Assembly: GCA_024278175.1 (NCBI GenBank)
Contig: JAJRTS010000006.1
Location: 41,036 to 105,035 of the forward strand
Source of the DNA: Gemmatimonadales bacterium
GTDB taxonomy: Bacteria; Gemmatimonadota; Glassbacteria; GWA2-58-10
Reading direction: 5' to 3'
DNA length: 64,000 nt
Shown: positions 56,867 to 64,000 of the stretch, in pieces
Position numbering within the stretch: the stretch's first letter is position 1
Layout: each line of letters starts with the position of its first letter
The notes under the pieces: model-generated
What the model was told of the DNA's origin: nothing
The model's database searches: none
The model's input: only the letters and a program-made list of their open reading frames with translations
Position numbers and translations under genes: made by a program

Positions 56867-59101
56867 ATGATAACCAGGGTCAATATTCTGTTGAGTGCTC
56901 TGCTGCTTTGCCTTGCGCTGCCGGCTCAGGCCGCAATCACCATGACTCCCACCGACCTTCGCCTGCGGGGCTACAGCCTGGTGCCATCACCCCAGAAAGT
57001 CGAACTCAGGCAGGGCGATGTGGTGATCGACCAGAGCTGGGCGGTAGAGACTGAAGCCGATGGCCTGGCAGCCGGCTGGCTGGAAGAATGGGCGGAAGAC
57101 CTTCACGGGTTAACGCTGGCAGGCACCGGCGATGGCAAAATAACTCTGGCGGTGGACAAGCGGGCCGTGACCGGTGTGGACGATCCGGGTCGTAGCGCAC
57201 AGGCGTACAAGCTGGAAATTTCCGCGAGCCGGGTTACGATTACCGGCAACACTGAGCAGGGGCTGTTCTACGGCGTCCAGAGTTTTTTGCAGCTCCTGCG
57301 CCGTAAGCCCGATGGCCGCCTGTGCGTACCGGCGGGCAGCATTATCGACTGGCCGTCGCTGGAGCTGCGCTTTGTCCACTGGGACACCAAGCACCACCAG
57401 AAACGCCCCGAGACCCTGCGCCTGATAATCGACTGGCTGGCCTTTTTCAAGGTCAACGCGATCGGTTTCGAGATGGAGGACAAGTACGAGTTTCCCAGCC
57501 ATCCGCTGGCAGGTGCGCCGGGCGCTTATACCAAGGAGGAGCTGCAGGCTCTTACCCGCTACGCCCTGAAACGTCATATCCAGCTTGTGCCCCAGATCCA
57601 GGCTCCGGCCCATATGAACTGGCTGCTCAAGTACAAGCAGTACGAGCATCTCAGGGCGGACAATTCCAACTACCAGATGTGCATGTGCGACGAAGAGGGG
57701 ATGGACGTTATCCGTGACCTCTACCAGGACATGATAGACGCCACGCCGGGAGTGAAGTACTTCCACGCCTCCACCGATGAGATTTATTACGCCGGTATCT
57801 GCGACAAGTGCGGCAGGCCGTACAACGACGAGAACCGCAGTCTGTACTGGGTGGAGTACGCAAGCTGGATGCACCGCTGGCTGGCCGAGCGCGGCCGAAC
57901 GATGCTCTGCTGGGTTGAGTATCCCCTGCTGCCGGAGCATATCAGGATGCTGCCCTCGGGCATTATCGACGCGATCACCAACGGCAGCAAGGCCCCTGTC
58001 TGGATCGATGAGATGAACAAGGCGGGGATTCCCCAACTGGCCTATTCCAGCATGCAGGGCTCGGAGTTACTGTTTCCCAACCTGTTCCCGACCACCTACC
58101 GCGGCCGTCGCACCGAGGGCAGGCTGAAGGACGCTTCCACCACGGTACCGCGCGTGCTGGATAAGGGGGCGAACCTGTTGGGTACTTTCTGCGCCAGCTG
58201 GGACGATTCCGGTCTTCACGAGGAAGCGTTCTGGCTTGGCTGGGTGGTTGTCAGCCAGTACGGCTGGAACTATGCCTCGCCCGGTGTGGACCAGGCGGTG
58301 GCGGACTTTATGGATGTGTTCTACGGCCCGGACGCGGGTGAGATGGTGGAAGCCTACAAGCTGCTCGAGCAGGGTGCGCGCTTTTTCGAGGACGGCTGGG
58401 ACCGGGTAAAAAGCAAAGAGCGCGGACCCACCTACGGCAGCAGTGTAGGGCCGTTTCCTTACGACCGCCAGGACCAGACCCTGTCCATGCCCCAGTTGCC
58501 TGAGGGCGAAACCATCCGCGTTACACCCACGTTCGCGGAAAAATACCGCGAGCGGATCGACGGGGCCTGGGAGCAGAAAAGGCTCAACGACTCTCTGGTG
58601 GCCATGCTGATGCGCAACCTGGGCCGGGTGGAGCGCAACCGCTACAACCTGGAAGTGCTGCTCTCGCTGGCGCGCCTGGAGCGCTATTTCATGGATATGC
58701 TTACCACCATGGAGCAGGCGGAAAGCTCCATGGTCGCGGCCTCGGCGGCGGACGCGGAGGGCAAGCACGCCGCGGCCGTGGGACAGCTGGTGGTGGCCTC
58801 GAACAGCGTGGCGTCCCTGCTGGAGCAGGAGAGTGCGATGTGGAGCAACCTGGTCACCGTCTGGGAGAAGAGCCGTTATCCCAAGAACCGCAGCGTGGAT
58901 GGCCGCGAGTTCTTCCATGTGCTGGACGACGTGAAGGACCATTTCGCTGACCGCCGCAAGGGGCTGGACTACATGATGGCCCCGTTCCAGCGGATGGACA
59001 TCCCCGGCTGGAGAGAGCGTCTGGTGAGCTTTATCGACTCCTATGCCGCCGCCCACGGTGTGCCCGTGCAGGGGCTGGCCGTTCCCCGGCTGGAGGACTA
59101 A
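56867..59101 (+). CDS. GH20-like glycoside hydrolase, paralog 2 (tandem duplicate)
   Basis: Co-linear with 54573-56807 (GLFYGVQSFLQLLRR, FKVN.IGFEMEDKYE, identical C-terminal HGVPV.GLAVPRLED). Confidence 0.5.
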   Translation: MITRVNILLSALLLCLALPAQAAITMTPTDLRLRGYSLVPSPQKVELRQGDVVIDQSWAVETEADGLAAGWLEEWAEDLHGLTLAGTGDGKITLAVDKRAVTGVDDPGRSAQAYKLEISASRVTITGNTEQGLFYGVQSFLQLLRRKPDGRLCVPAGSIIDWPSLELRFVHWDTKHHQKRPETLRLIIDWLAFFKVNAIGFEMEDKYEFPSHPLAGAPGAYTKEELQALTRYALKRHIQLVPQIQAPAHMNWLLKYKQYEHLRADNSNYQMCMCDEEGMDVIRDLYQDMIDATPGVKYFHASTDEIYYAGICDKCGRPYNDENRSLYWVEYASWMHRWLAERGRTMLCWVEYPLLPEHIRMLPSGIIDAITNGSKAPVWIDEMNKAGIPQLAYSSMQGSELLFPNLFPTTYRGRRTEGRLKDASTTVPRVLDKGANLLGTFCASWDDSGLHEEAFWLGWVVVSQYGWNYASPGVDQAVADFMDVFYGPDAGEMVEAYKLLEQGARFFEDGWDRVKSKERGPTYGSSVGPFPYDRQDQTLSMPQLPEGETIRVTPTFAEKYRERIDGAWEQKRLNDSLVAMLMRNLGRVERNRYNLEVLLSLARLERYFMDMLTTMEQAESSMVAASAADAEGKHAAAVGQLVVASNSVASLLEQESAMWSNLVTVWEKSRYPKNRSVDGREFFHVLDDVKDHFADRRKGLDYMMAPFQRMDIPGWRERLVSFIDSYAAAHGVPVQGLAVPRLED

Positions 59102-59189
59102 CAAAGGTGGCACAGGTCGGCTCTAATAGCTCTTGCGTACATAGTGCGCAAGAGCTATTATTTTATGAACTAACGTCAAGGGAGGCGTC

Positions 59190-59723
59190 TTGCGAACAAC
59201 AGTGTATTGCCTGGTATCGCTGCTGGGGGCCGTGCTGATACAGGCAGGTTACGGGCAGCAGGCGGCGGAAGAGCAAGTTACCCCCACAGTACGAATCCGG
59301 CAGATAGCGGAGCCAACCGTGCTGCCAACTGACTCGATCACCTCCCTGACGGATACCCGCCCGCCGATTGACGAGTTTGGTACGCCCTACCTGTTGCCCC
59401 ATGAGCACCCGGACCTGCCCACCCATATAGCGGACTGGCTGGACGAGCAGAGGTATGTTATTCCGCAGGGATTAATAACAGAGACAAGCGGACGGATTAA
59501 TGTGGTTGCAGGAGAATTTGCGAATCCAGGGCAGCAAGATATAGCGGTCTGTTGTACTAACCGAGAGACCAGTTCGATTATCATGTTTTGGGGTAGTGCA
59601 ATTGACAGTATTTCCCAAATCGATAAAATGCCTACCAGCACCTTTGAAAGTGACGGGTTCAGTGATATCGAGCTTTTTTGCTGTTCGTACTACATATCCA
59701 AATATGTCGCAGGGTACTCATAA
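59190..59723 (+). CDS. small secreted hypothetical protein (paralog A)
   Basis: Signal peptide. Conserved block DEFGTPYLLP.E.PDLP...WL...YVIPQG ... NPGQQDIAVCCTN ... IMFWG is shared with the next ORF. Low-GC region. Confidence 0.45.
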   Translation: MRTTVYCLVSLLGAVLIQAGYGQQAAEEQVTPTVRIRQIAEPTVLPTDSITSLTDTRPPIDEFGTPYLLPHEHPDLPTHIADWLDEQRYVIPQGLITETSGRINVVAGEFANPGQQDIAVCCTNRETSSIIMFWGSAIDSISQIDKMPTSTFESDGFSDIELFCCSYYISKYVAGYS

Positions 59724-60378
59724 TAAGATTATTGCAATTATGATATCGCTATGTCTCACAGTTGTTGTCTTGGATTTTTCAAATGTGTTTGCAGAAGTCC
59801 AAAACACCATAAGGAAGAACAGGGATCAGCAGGAAAAAGCTTCATCGCATCAGCAGAAGCTTACCATCGATGAATTTAATACTGATTATATTATCCCGGC
59901 TGAATTTCCGGACCTGCCCAGCAAAATCGTGCAATGGCTAACTGCACGGCAATTCGTAATTCCGCAGGGAATCCCGGAGTACATGGTGGATGACGTCTTG
60001 CCCATTAATGCCATCAAAGGTCGGTTTAGGAATCCAAATCAACAGGACTGGGCTGTATATTGTACTAATATAGATAGCGCTTGTATCATCTTGTTTTGGG
60101 AAGGAGATACTATCCAACCTGAGGTTTTATCCAGGGATCCTGATTCGGCTAGTACTTACAAGCCGGATGGCGAAAGCATATCTTGTTGTTTTTTTTATAT
60201 AAGCCCCGCCGGGGTGAAATTAATGCTCAGGCAATATGAATTGCTGAAATCTGATGGTGCTCTTGAACCGCCGCCCATTAACCATGACGGTATTTCTTTT
60301 GGAATATTGGACCAGGCAATTATATATATTTTATACAAATACAAGGGGAAATGGCTGAGCCTCGCTGGAACTGATTAA
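59704..60378 (+). CDS. small secreted hypothetical protein (paralog B)
   Basis: Start at Met 59704 (MSQGTHNKIIAIMISL...), with a signal/TM segment. Shares the DEF.T.Y..P.EFPDLP, VIPQG, NPNQQDWAVYCTN and ILFWEG blocks with paralog A. Confidence 0.45.
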   Translation: MSQGTHNKIIAIMISLCLTVVVLDFSNVFAEVQNTIRKNRDQQEKASSHQQKLTIDEFNTDYIIPAEFPDLPSKIVQWLTARQFVIPQGIPEYMVDDVLPINAIKGRFRNPNQQDWAVYCTNIDSACIILFWEGDTIQPEVLSRDPDSASTYKPDGESISCCFFYISPAGVKLMLRQYELLKSDGALEPPPINHDGISFGILDQAIIYILYKYKGKWLSLAGTD

Positions 60379-60404
60379 TATTTGTCAGTATTGAAAACCA
60401 GATT

Positions 60405-60830
60405 TCAGATATACACGGAACAATGCCAGTGGAGCGGAGTTCCGTGCAATTTAGCAGTCTTAAAGTAGTTTTTCAGCTGGTTTTTTTGCCAGGTTTTCTG
60501 GGCCTCATTCATTTTGTTGTAATTTATATCCACATTCTGGCCCCATCTGTGGTTCTTGTGGCCATCACCGTCCATTTTTCCACCAGTTTTGAATAATCCT
60601 CCCCACGGCAAACTCAGGTCGTTGACCCATAACCTGTTTTGTTCTTCTGTTGTTTCGCCGAAATTACCCGCCTCGTACTGCCTGCCGAACGCATCGGCCA
60701 CGCTCTTGATTGCCGCCACCGGCGGGGGCCTGCCCCAGTGCGAGTCGGGGTGTGCGCCGTCGTTGGTGTAGGTCTCTATGTACGGATGGTCAATAGCGCT
60801 CAGGTTTTCCATGGTCTTGCCAAATTTCAC
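60405..60830 (-). CDS. peptidase M15-like (VanY / endolysin-type zinc peptidoglycan peptidase) domain protein; possibly the 3' part of a frameshifted gene
   Basis: GHKNHRWGQNVDI fits the M15 H-x-x-G-x-A-V-D-I zinc-ligand signature. C-terminal PLHWH fits the E/P-W-H motif. The reading frame stays open for about 30 codons upstream of the annotated GTG and overlaps the end of the next ORF. Confidence 0.45.
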   Translation of the reverse strand: MKFGKTMENLSAIDHPYIETYTNDGAHPDSHWGRPPPVAAIKSVADAFGRQYEAGNFGETTEEQNRLWVNDLSLPWGGLFKTGGKMDGDGHKNHRWGQNVDINYNKMNEAQKTWQKNQLKNYFKTAKLHGTPLHWHCSVYI

Positions 60831-60862
60831 GTCAACGAAAAACGACCGGCTGCCGAACCCCT

Positions 60863-61609
60863 CTATGTTGATCGTAACTTTGAATCTCGAGCAGAAATCA
60901 GTGGCTGGTAAGTTGCGTTCACCGCCAGGCGGCTCCAGGGCAACTTGAATTCCAGGACCGGATTATTGCCGGGTGTTGAGCTGGCGGTAACACCCTGCTG
61001 AACAGTAAACGTACCCACCTGGCCTTGGTTCCGGCCGACAGAGTGGATGTGCCCGCCGTATGCCGCTCCCCGCACGTGCCCGATATCGACTGATGCGTGG
61101 GTACCCTTAAGGCCGGATATTTCCAGTAGCGCACACGGTGGGGCTGATTTTTTTGATGTTCCGCCCGGATGCTTAAGTATGATCGGCTCCAGCCTGTTCC
61201 CGGCATTTATCGCCAACCAGTTGAACATTACGATTGGTTGGTTCGGGCCGTTATCGACTTCCAGCAAAAGGTTGGTGATCGTATCCCGCGTCGTACGCAA
61301 TGTTCTGGAATGAGCGCTTAATTGCCTGGTCTGCTCGTTATTTTTCCCGATTCCTGTTGCCATCCGGCTGAGTTCCTGCGATAAACCGGCGCTTTTGTTG
61401 AGCATGATGCGCGCCGCGCGGTTTATTTTGTCTTTCCCACTGGCAAAGGAACCGCCGGTAGTGTCACTCAGCAGCGTATCGGCTCCGCGTTGCATGTCCT
61501 GCATGACTCTCTTGCTGCTGGAGTCGTTCTTGCCATAGTTTATCATAATACCATCAATTTCGAGCGCTTTGGTCCATATTTGCCTGAATAATTCCATTGC
61601 TCCCCTCAC
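60863..61609 (-). CDS. hypothetical protein; possible N-terminal part of a frameshifted toxin/peptidase gene
   Basis: The ORF ends within the region where the downstream frame is still open (about 90-nt overlap). Contains HASVD...GGHIH. Low-GC region. Confidence 0.35.
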   Translation of the reverse strand: MRGAMELFRQIWTKALEIDGIMINYGKNDSSSKRVMQDMQRGADTLLSDTTGGSFASGKDKINRAARIMLNKSAGLSQELSRMATGIGKNNEQTRQLSAHSRTLRTTRDTITNLLLEVDNGPNQPIVMFNWLAINAGNRLEPIILKHPGGTSKKSAPPCALLEISGLKGTHASVDIGHVRGAAYGGHIHSVGRNQGQVGTFTVQQGVTASSTPGNNPVLEFKLPWSRLAVNATYQPLISARDSKLRST

Positions 61610-61801
61610 GGTGCGCGGATCAGTTTACCTTGCGAATCTTTTCGCGCTTAAAATAACACCGTAAAGGGCGCTTGTCCAGCGCAACTGATTATATAATATT
61701 AACTTAGGCGCATTCTGGTAAAATATTTTTTCTGTGCGGGTGCGCTGAACAGGCAAAAATATCAATTTTGCGCGGTGGGGGCGGCAGGGGGCCAGGAGGC
61801 C

Positions 61802-62923
61802 TTAGTGGCGAAGGTGGCGGATGCCTTCGGAGACCTCGAATATCAGGGTCTGGATGATACTTGCCAGTGGGATCGAGATGATCATGCCGATGATGCCCAG
61901 CATTTTCGCGCCCAGGATAACCGCCAGCAGCACGATCAGCGGATGCACGTTCACCGAGCGGCCCAGCAGCACCGGGACCAGGTAGACGTTATCTACGAGT
62001 TGGGCGAAAGCCAGCACGCACACGATTGCCAGCACCGGCCCCCAGTTCGGCGCCACCGTACCGGCGAACTCCGGGAACTGTGGCAGCAGCACGTATTGCA
62101 CAATCGCGACCAGCAGCACGGGTATCGCGCCGATAGCAGGGCCCAGGTAGGGGATGATGTTAAACAGGCCCACCACTATCGCCAGGAACACCATATAGTA
62201 AAGCGGCTGGAACAGCAGCCCCACCACGAAAAAACCGGCCAGGGCGCACAGGCCCACCACCAGCGACTCGATCAGCTTGGCGCGGATGAAGCTGCCGACG
62301 ATCTGGTTGATTTTCTGGTGGATGTTCAGGCTCATCTCAAAATAGCGGTTCGGCAGGAACCCGATCAGGGCGCGCTTGATCCTGTAACCGTCGAGCAGGA
62401 AAAAGAACAGCGCCAGCGGCACTATCGCCATCCAGGTCAGCACGGTCCCGAAAGTCGCCCCGGTAAACAGCAGCGCCTCGCGAATCTTGTCCTGGGCCAT
62501 GCTCAGCAGCCGCTGGCCGAAATCGAAACGGTCCAGGCCGAAGCTGCTTTCCAGTTCGCCGATCCTGCGGGTGATCTCGTCGTTGATCATGCTGCTGTAA
62601 AAATCGAGGCGGCTGGCGAAATCCTCGTATTCTCCCAGCACCAGATTGCTCAGCAGCATACCCAGCATCACTGCCGTGAACGCCAGTGCAAGCATAACGA
62701 TCAAGATCGCCCAGGAGCGGCCGAGACCGTGGCGTTCGATGTAATCGACCGCCGGCGAGAAGATGAAAACGAAAATCAACGCGAGCAGGAACGAGGAGAG
62801 CAGGCCAGGAATCCAGAGCAGCACGGAGATAAGCAGGATGGCGCAGAACGCCAGCACACCGAGCTTGAACGCGGGCCGGAAGATGAGCGGTGAAGATTTA
62901 CTGCTCTCCAGGGCAATCATCAC
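61802..62923 (-). CDS. AI-2E family transporter (PerM/TqsA-like, formerly UPF0118)
   Basis: Eight TM helices and the conserved C-terminal LGIIGMIISIPL region. ATGA overlap with the upstream gene. Confidence 0.8.
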   Translation of the reverse strand: MMIALESSKSSPLIFRPAFKLGVLAFCAILLISVLLWIPGLLSSFLLALIFVFIFSPAVDYIERHGLGRSWAILIVMLALAFTAVMLGMLLSNLVLGEYEDFASRLDFYSSMINDEITRRIGELESSFGLDRFDFGQRLLSMAQDKIREALLFTGATFGTVLTWMAIVPLALFFFLLDGYRIKRALIGFLPNRYFEMSLNIHQKINQIVGSFIRAKLIESLVVGLCALAGFFVVGLLFQPLYYMVFLAIVVGLFNIIPYLGPAIGAIPVLLVAIVQYVLLPQFPEFAGTVAPNWGPVLAIVCVLAFAQLVDNVYLVPVLLGRSVNVHPLIVLLAVILGAKMLGIIGMIISIPLASIIQTLIFEVSEGIRHLRH

Positions 62924-63654
62924 GTGGCTTGTTCCTCCGCGGCTGTGCTGGAGCGCGCCTCGAGCTGTTGCCGCAGTTCGAGGTTTTGCTCGTTACAATC
63001 GTGGAGGCGCAGGTCGGTGATCCTGAGCCGTTTGACCAGTATCTGCATCATGTTCTGCTGAAGTTTGACTCCCAGCCGGGGGGTGCGGCTGATGATTGAG
63101 ATCAGCTCGCTGCGGAAGAAGCCGATCAGCCGGGTAGGGGCCACCGCCACGGCGGTGGCCGAGCGCGGATGGTCGTCGATCAGTGCCAGCTCACCGAAAA
63201 AGTCCCCGTTCTCCAGCAGAGCGATCTCATGTGCCTCGTCCGTGTTGGGACCGAGGCAGATTCTGATCTTGCCGCTTTCGATCACGTACATACCGGCGCC
63301 CGGCTCACCCTCTACAAAGATGACTTCACCCTCATGGTAGGTGCGCAGATAGACTATTTTCTCCACCTGCTTTATCTCTGATTTGGACAGGCCGCTGAAC
63401 ACCGGGATCCGCCGCAGAACGGCGGCCACCGAGCGCTCGTTGGTTTCTTCCTTGAACACGTTTCCCCATAGGGCGCTGATCCTGCTCAACGCAGCCCTCC
63501 CTGTTCGGTTGCGGGACGAGTGCCGGAGTTGCCGCCGGCGGCTGGACGGTGAATTTTCAATATATCGCGAGCCGGCGGATGGCGCAACAGTATCCCAAAA
63601 GGATGTTGAAAAAAACGGTCGCCATGAGAGTTTCGCCTCCCATCGGTCAGCCAA
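62920..63654 (-). CDS. cyclic nucleotide-binding domain protein
   Basis: cNMP-binding beta-roll (FFGELALIDDHPRSATAVA with the conserved GE...R.A motif). The N-terminal extent is uncertain. Confidence 0.75.
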   Translation of the reverse strand: MADRWEAKLSWRPFFSTSFWDTVAPSAGSRYIENSPSSRRRQLRHSSRNRTGRAALSRISALWGNVFKEETNERSVAAVLRRIPVFSGLSKSEIKQVEKIVYLRTYHEGEVIFVEGEPGAGMYVIESGKIRICLGPNTDEAHEIALLENGDFFGELALIDDHPRSATAVAVAPTRLIGFFRSELISIISRTPRLGVKLQQNMMQILVKRLRITDLRLHDCNEQNLELRQQLEARSSTAAEEQAT

Positions 63655-63848
63655 AGGGGCAATTCCACTGCTCTTGACAGCGAAAAAGATAATAAATTTG
63701 ATTTCAGGTCCGTTGAATGTTTTTCAGGCGGCCAACGGGTCATTCGTTACCCGTCGGCGGTCCAAAATACTTGACATCAGGTACATGGAAGGACTATTTG
63801 GATAAGAGGCATATTGCGCTCTCAATCGGAAAATTCAGCGGCCACTCA

Positions 63849-63988
63849 CGATGATTTCATAAAAAGTCATATTTGCCAACGGCAAAGTAAAAAGCTCCGG
63901 ATGCAAGGCGCGAAAATATCGAGCAATAGAGGTGTACTTAAAGGCACTCCGCAACTGACGAGATATGTAGCGCAACGAAGTAGATGGA
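63849..63988. repeat. ~140-bp conserved intergenic element, copy B (homolog of 12588-12731); may continue beyond the window end
   Basis: Aligned with copy A over its full length, including ttgccaacggcaaagta and cgcaacgaagtagatgga. Confidence 0.6.
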
Positions 63989-64000
63989 CTTTTTACAAAA

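Noticed and set aside
63383-63805. 140-aa plus-strand ORF overlapping the cNMP-binding gene start
   Set aside because: Overlaps a well-supported gene. Arg-rich, no RBS, and it runs into repeat copy B.
1-64000. CRISPR arrays, rRNA, tmRNA / RNase P / SRP RNA in the long spacers
   Set aside because: No regularly spaced direct repeats. None of the long spacers (12553-13103, 17411-18101, 36348-36741) shows the conserved cores of these RNAs. The SRP-like gtcag...ccgg similarity at 12860 is too short.

Overview
This is a 64 kb segment of a high-GC (about 63-66%) bacterial chromosome. It is gene dense on both strands, and GC-rich antisense shadow ORFs are frequent. T9SS markers (a C-terminal sorting-domain cargo protein and a PorV/PorQ-family outer-membrane protein) point to an FCB-superphylum organism, possibly Gemmatimonadota-like, but I cannot assign a taxon from sequence alone. 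Gene content, left to right:
- purL (3' end) and purQ.
- An LPS/O-antigen-type glycan biosynthesis cluster: SAM methyltransferase, NAD-epimerase/reductase, HEAT-repeat protein, PseB/FlaA1-like 4,6-dehydratase, GT2, MsbA-like ABC exporter, two GT4, hldE, and a WbpB-like Gfo/Idh/MocA oxidoreductase.
- A DUF1858 protein paired with a DUF438/hemerythrin/PAS protein.
- A secreted Kelch-like beta-propeller protein, a formylglycine-type sulfatase, an amidohydrolase and a TAT-secreted Gfo/Idh/MocA (GH109-like) protein.
- An SDR, then a surE-pcm-yqaA operon and tRNA-Pro(CGG), followed by a low-GC MFS (OFA) gene.
- Two TPR-tailed polytopic membrane proteins, one of them a fused MFS/spermidine-synthase-like protein.
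- A cytoplasmic histidine kinase, a LuxR-type regulator and an orphan CheY.
- A TonB-dependent-receptor-like OMP, a 1087-aa T9SS-CTD cargo protein and a PorV-like protein.
- Transporters (CDF, MFS), an OMP, and a nucleoside hydrolase plus a nucleoside-hydrolase/esterase fusion.
- DUF1080, followed by two tandem GH20-like paralogs.
- A low-GC islet with two paralogous small secreted proteins and a frameshifted M15-like peptidase candidate.
- A cNMP-binding protein plus an AI-2E transporter.
The non-coding features are a MITE-like ~205-bp repeat family (3 full copies and 1 partial, two with 7-bp target-site duplications), a second ~140-bp repeat pair, and several palindromic elements. No CRISPR array, integrase or rRNA is present.
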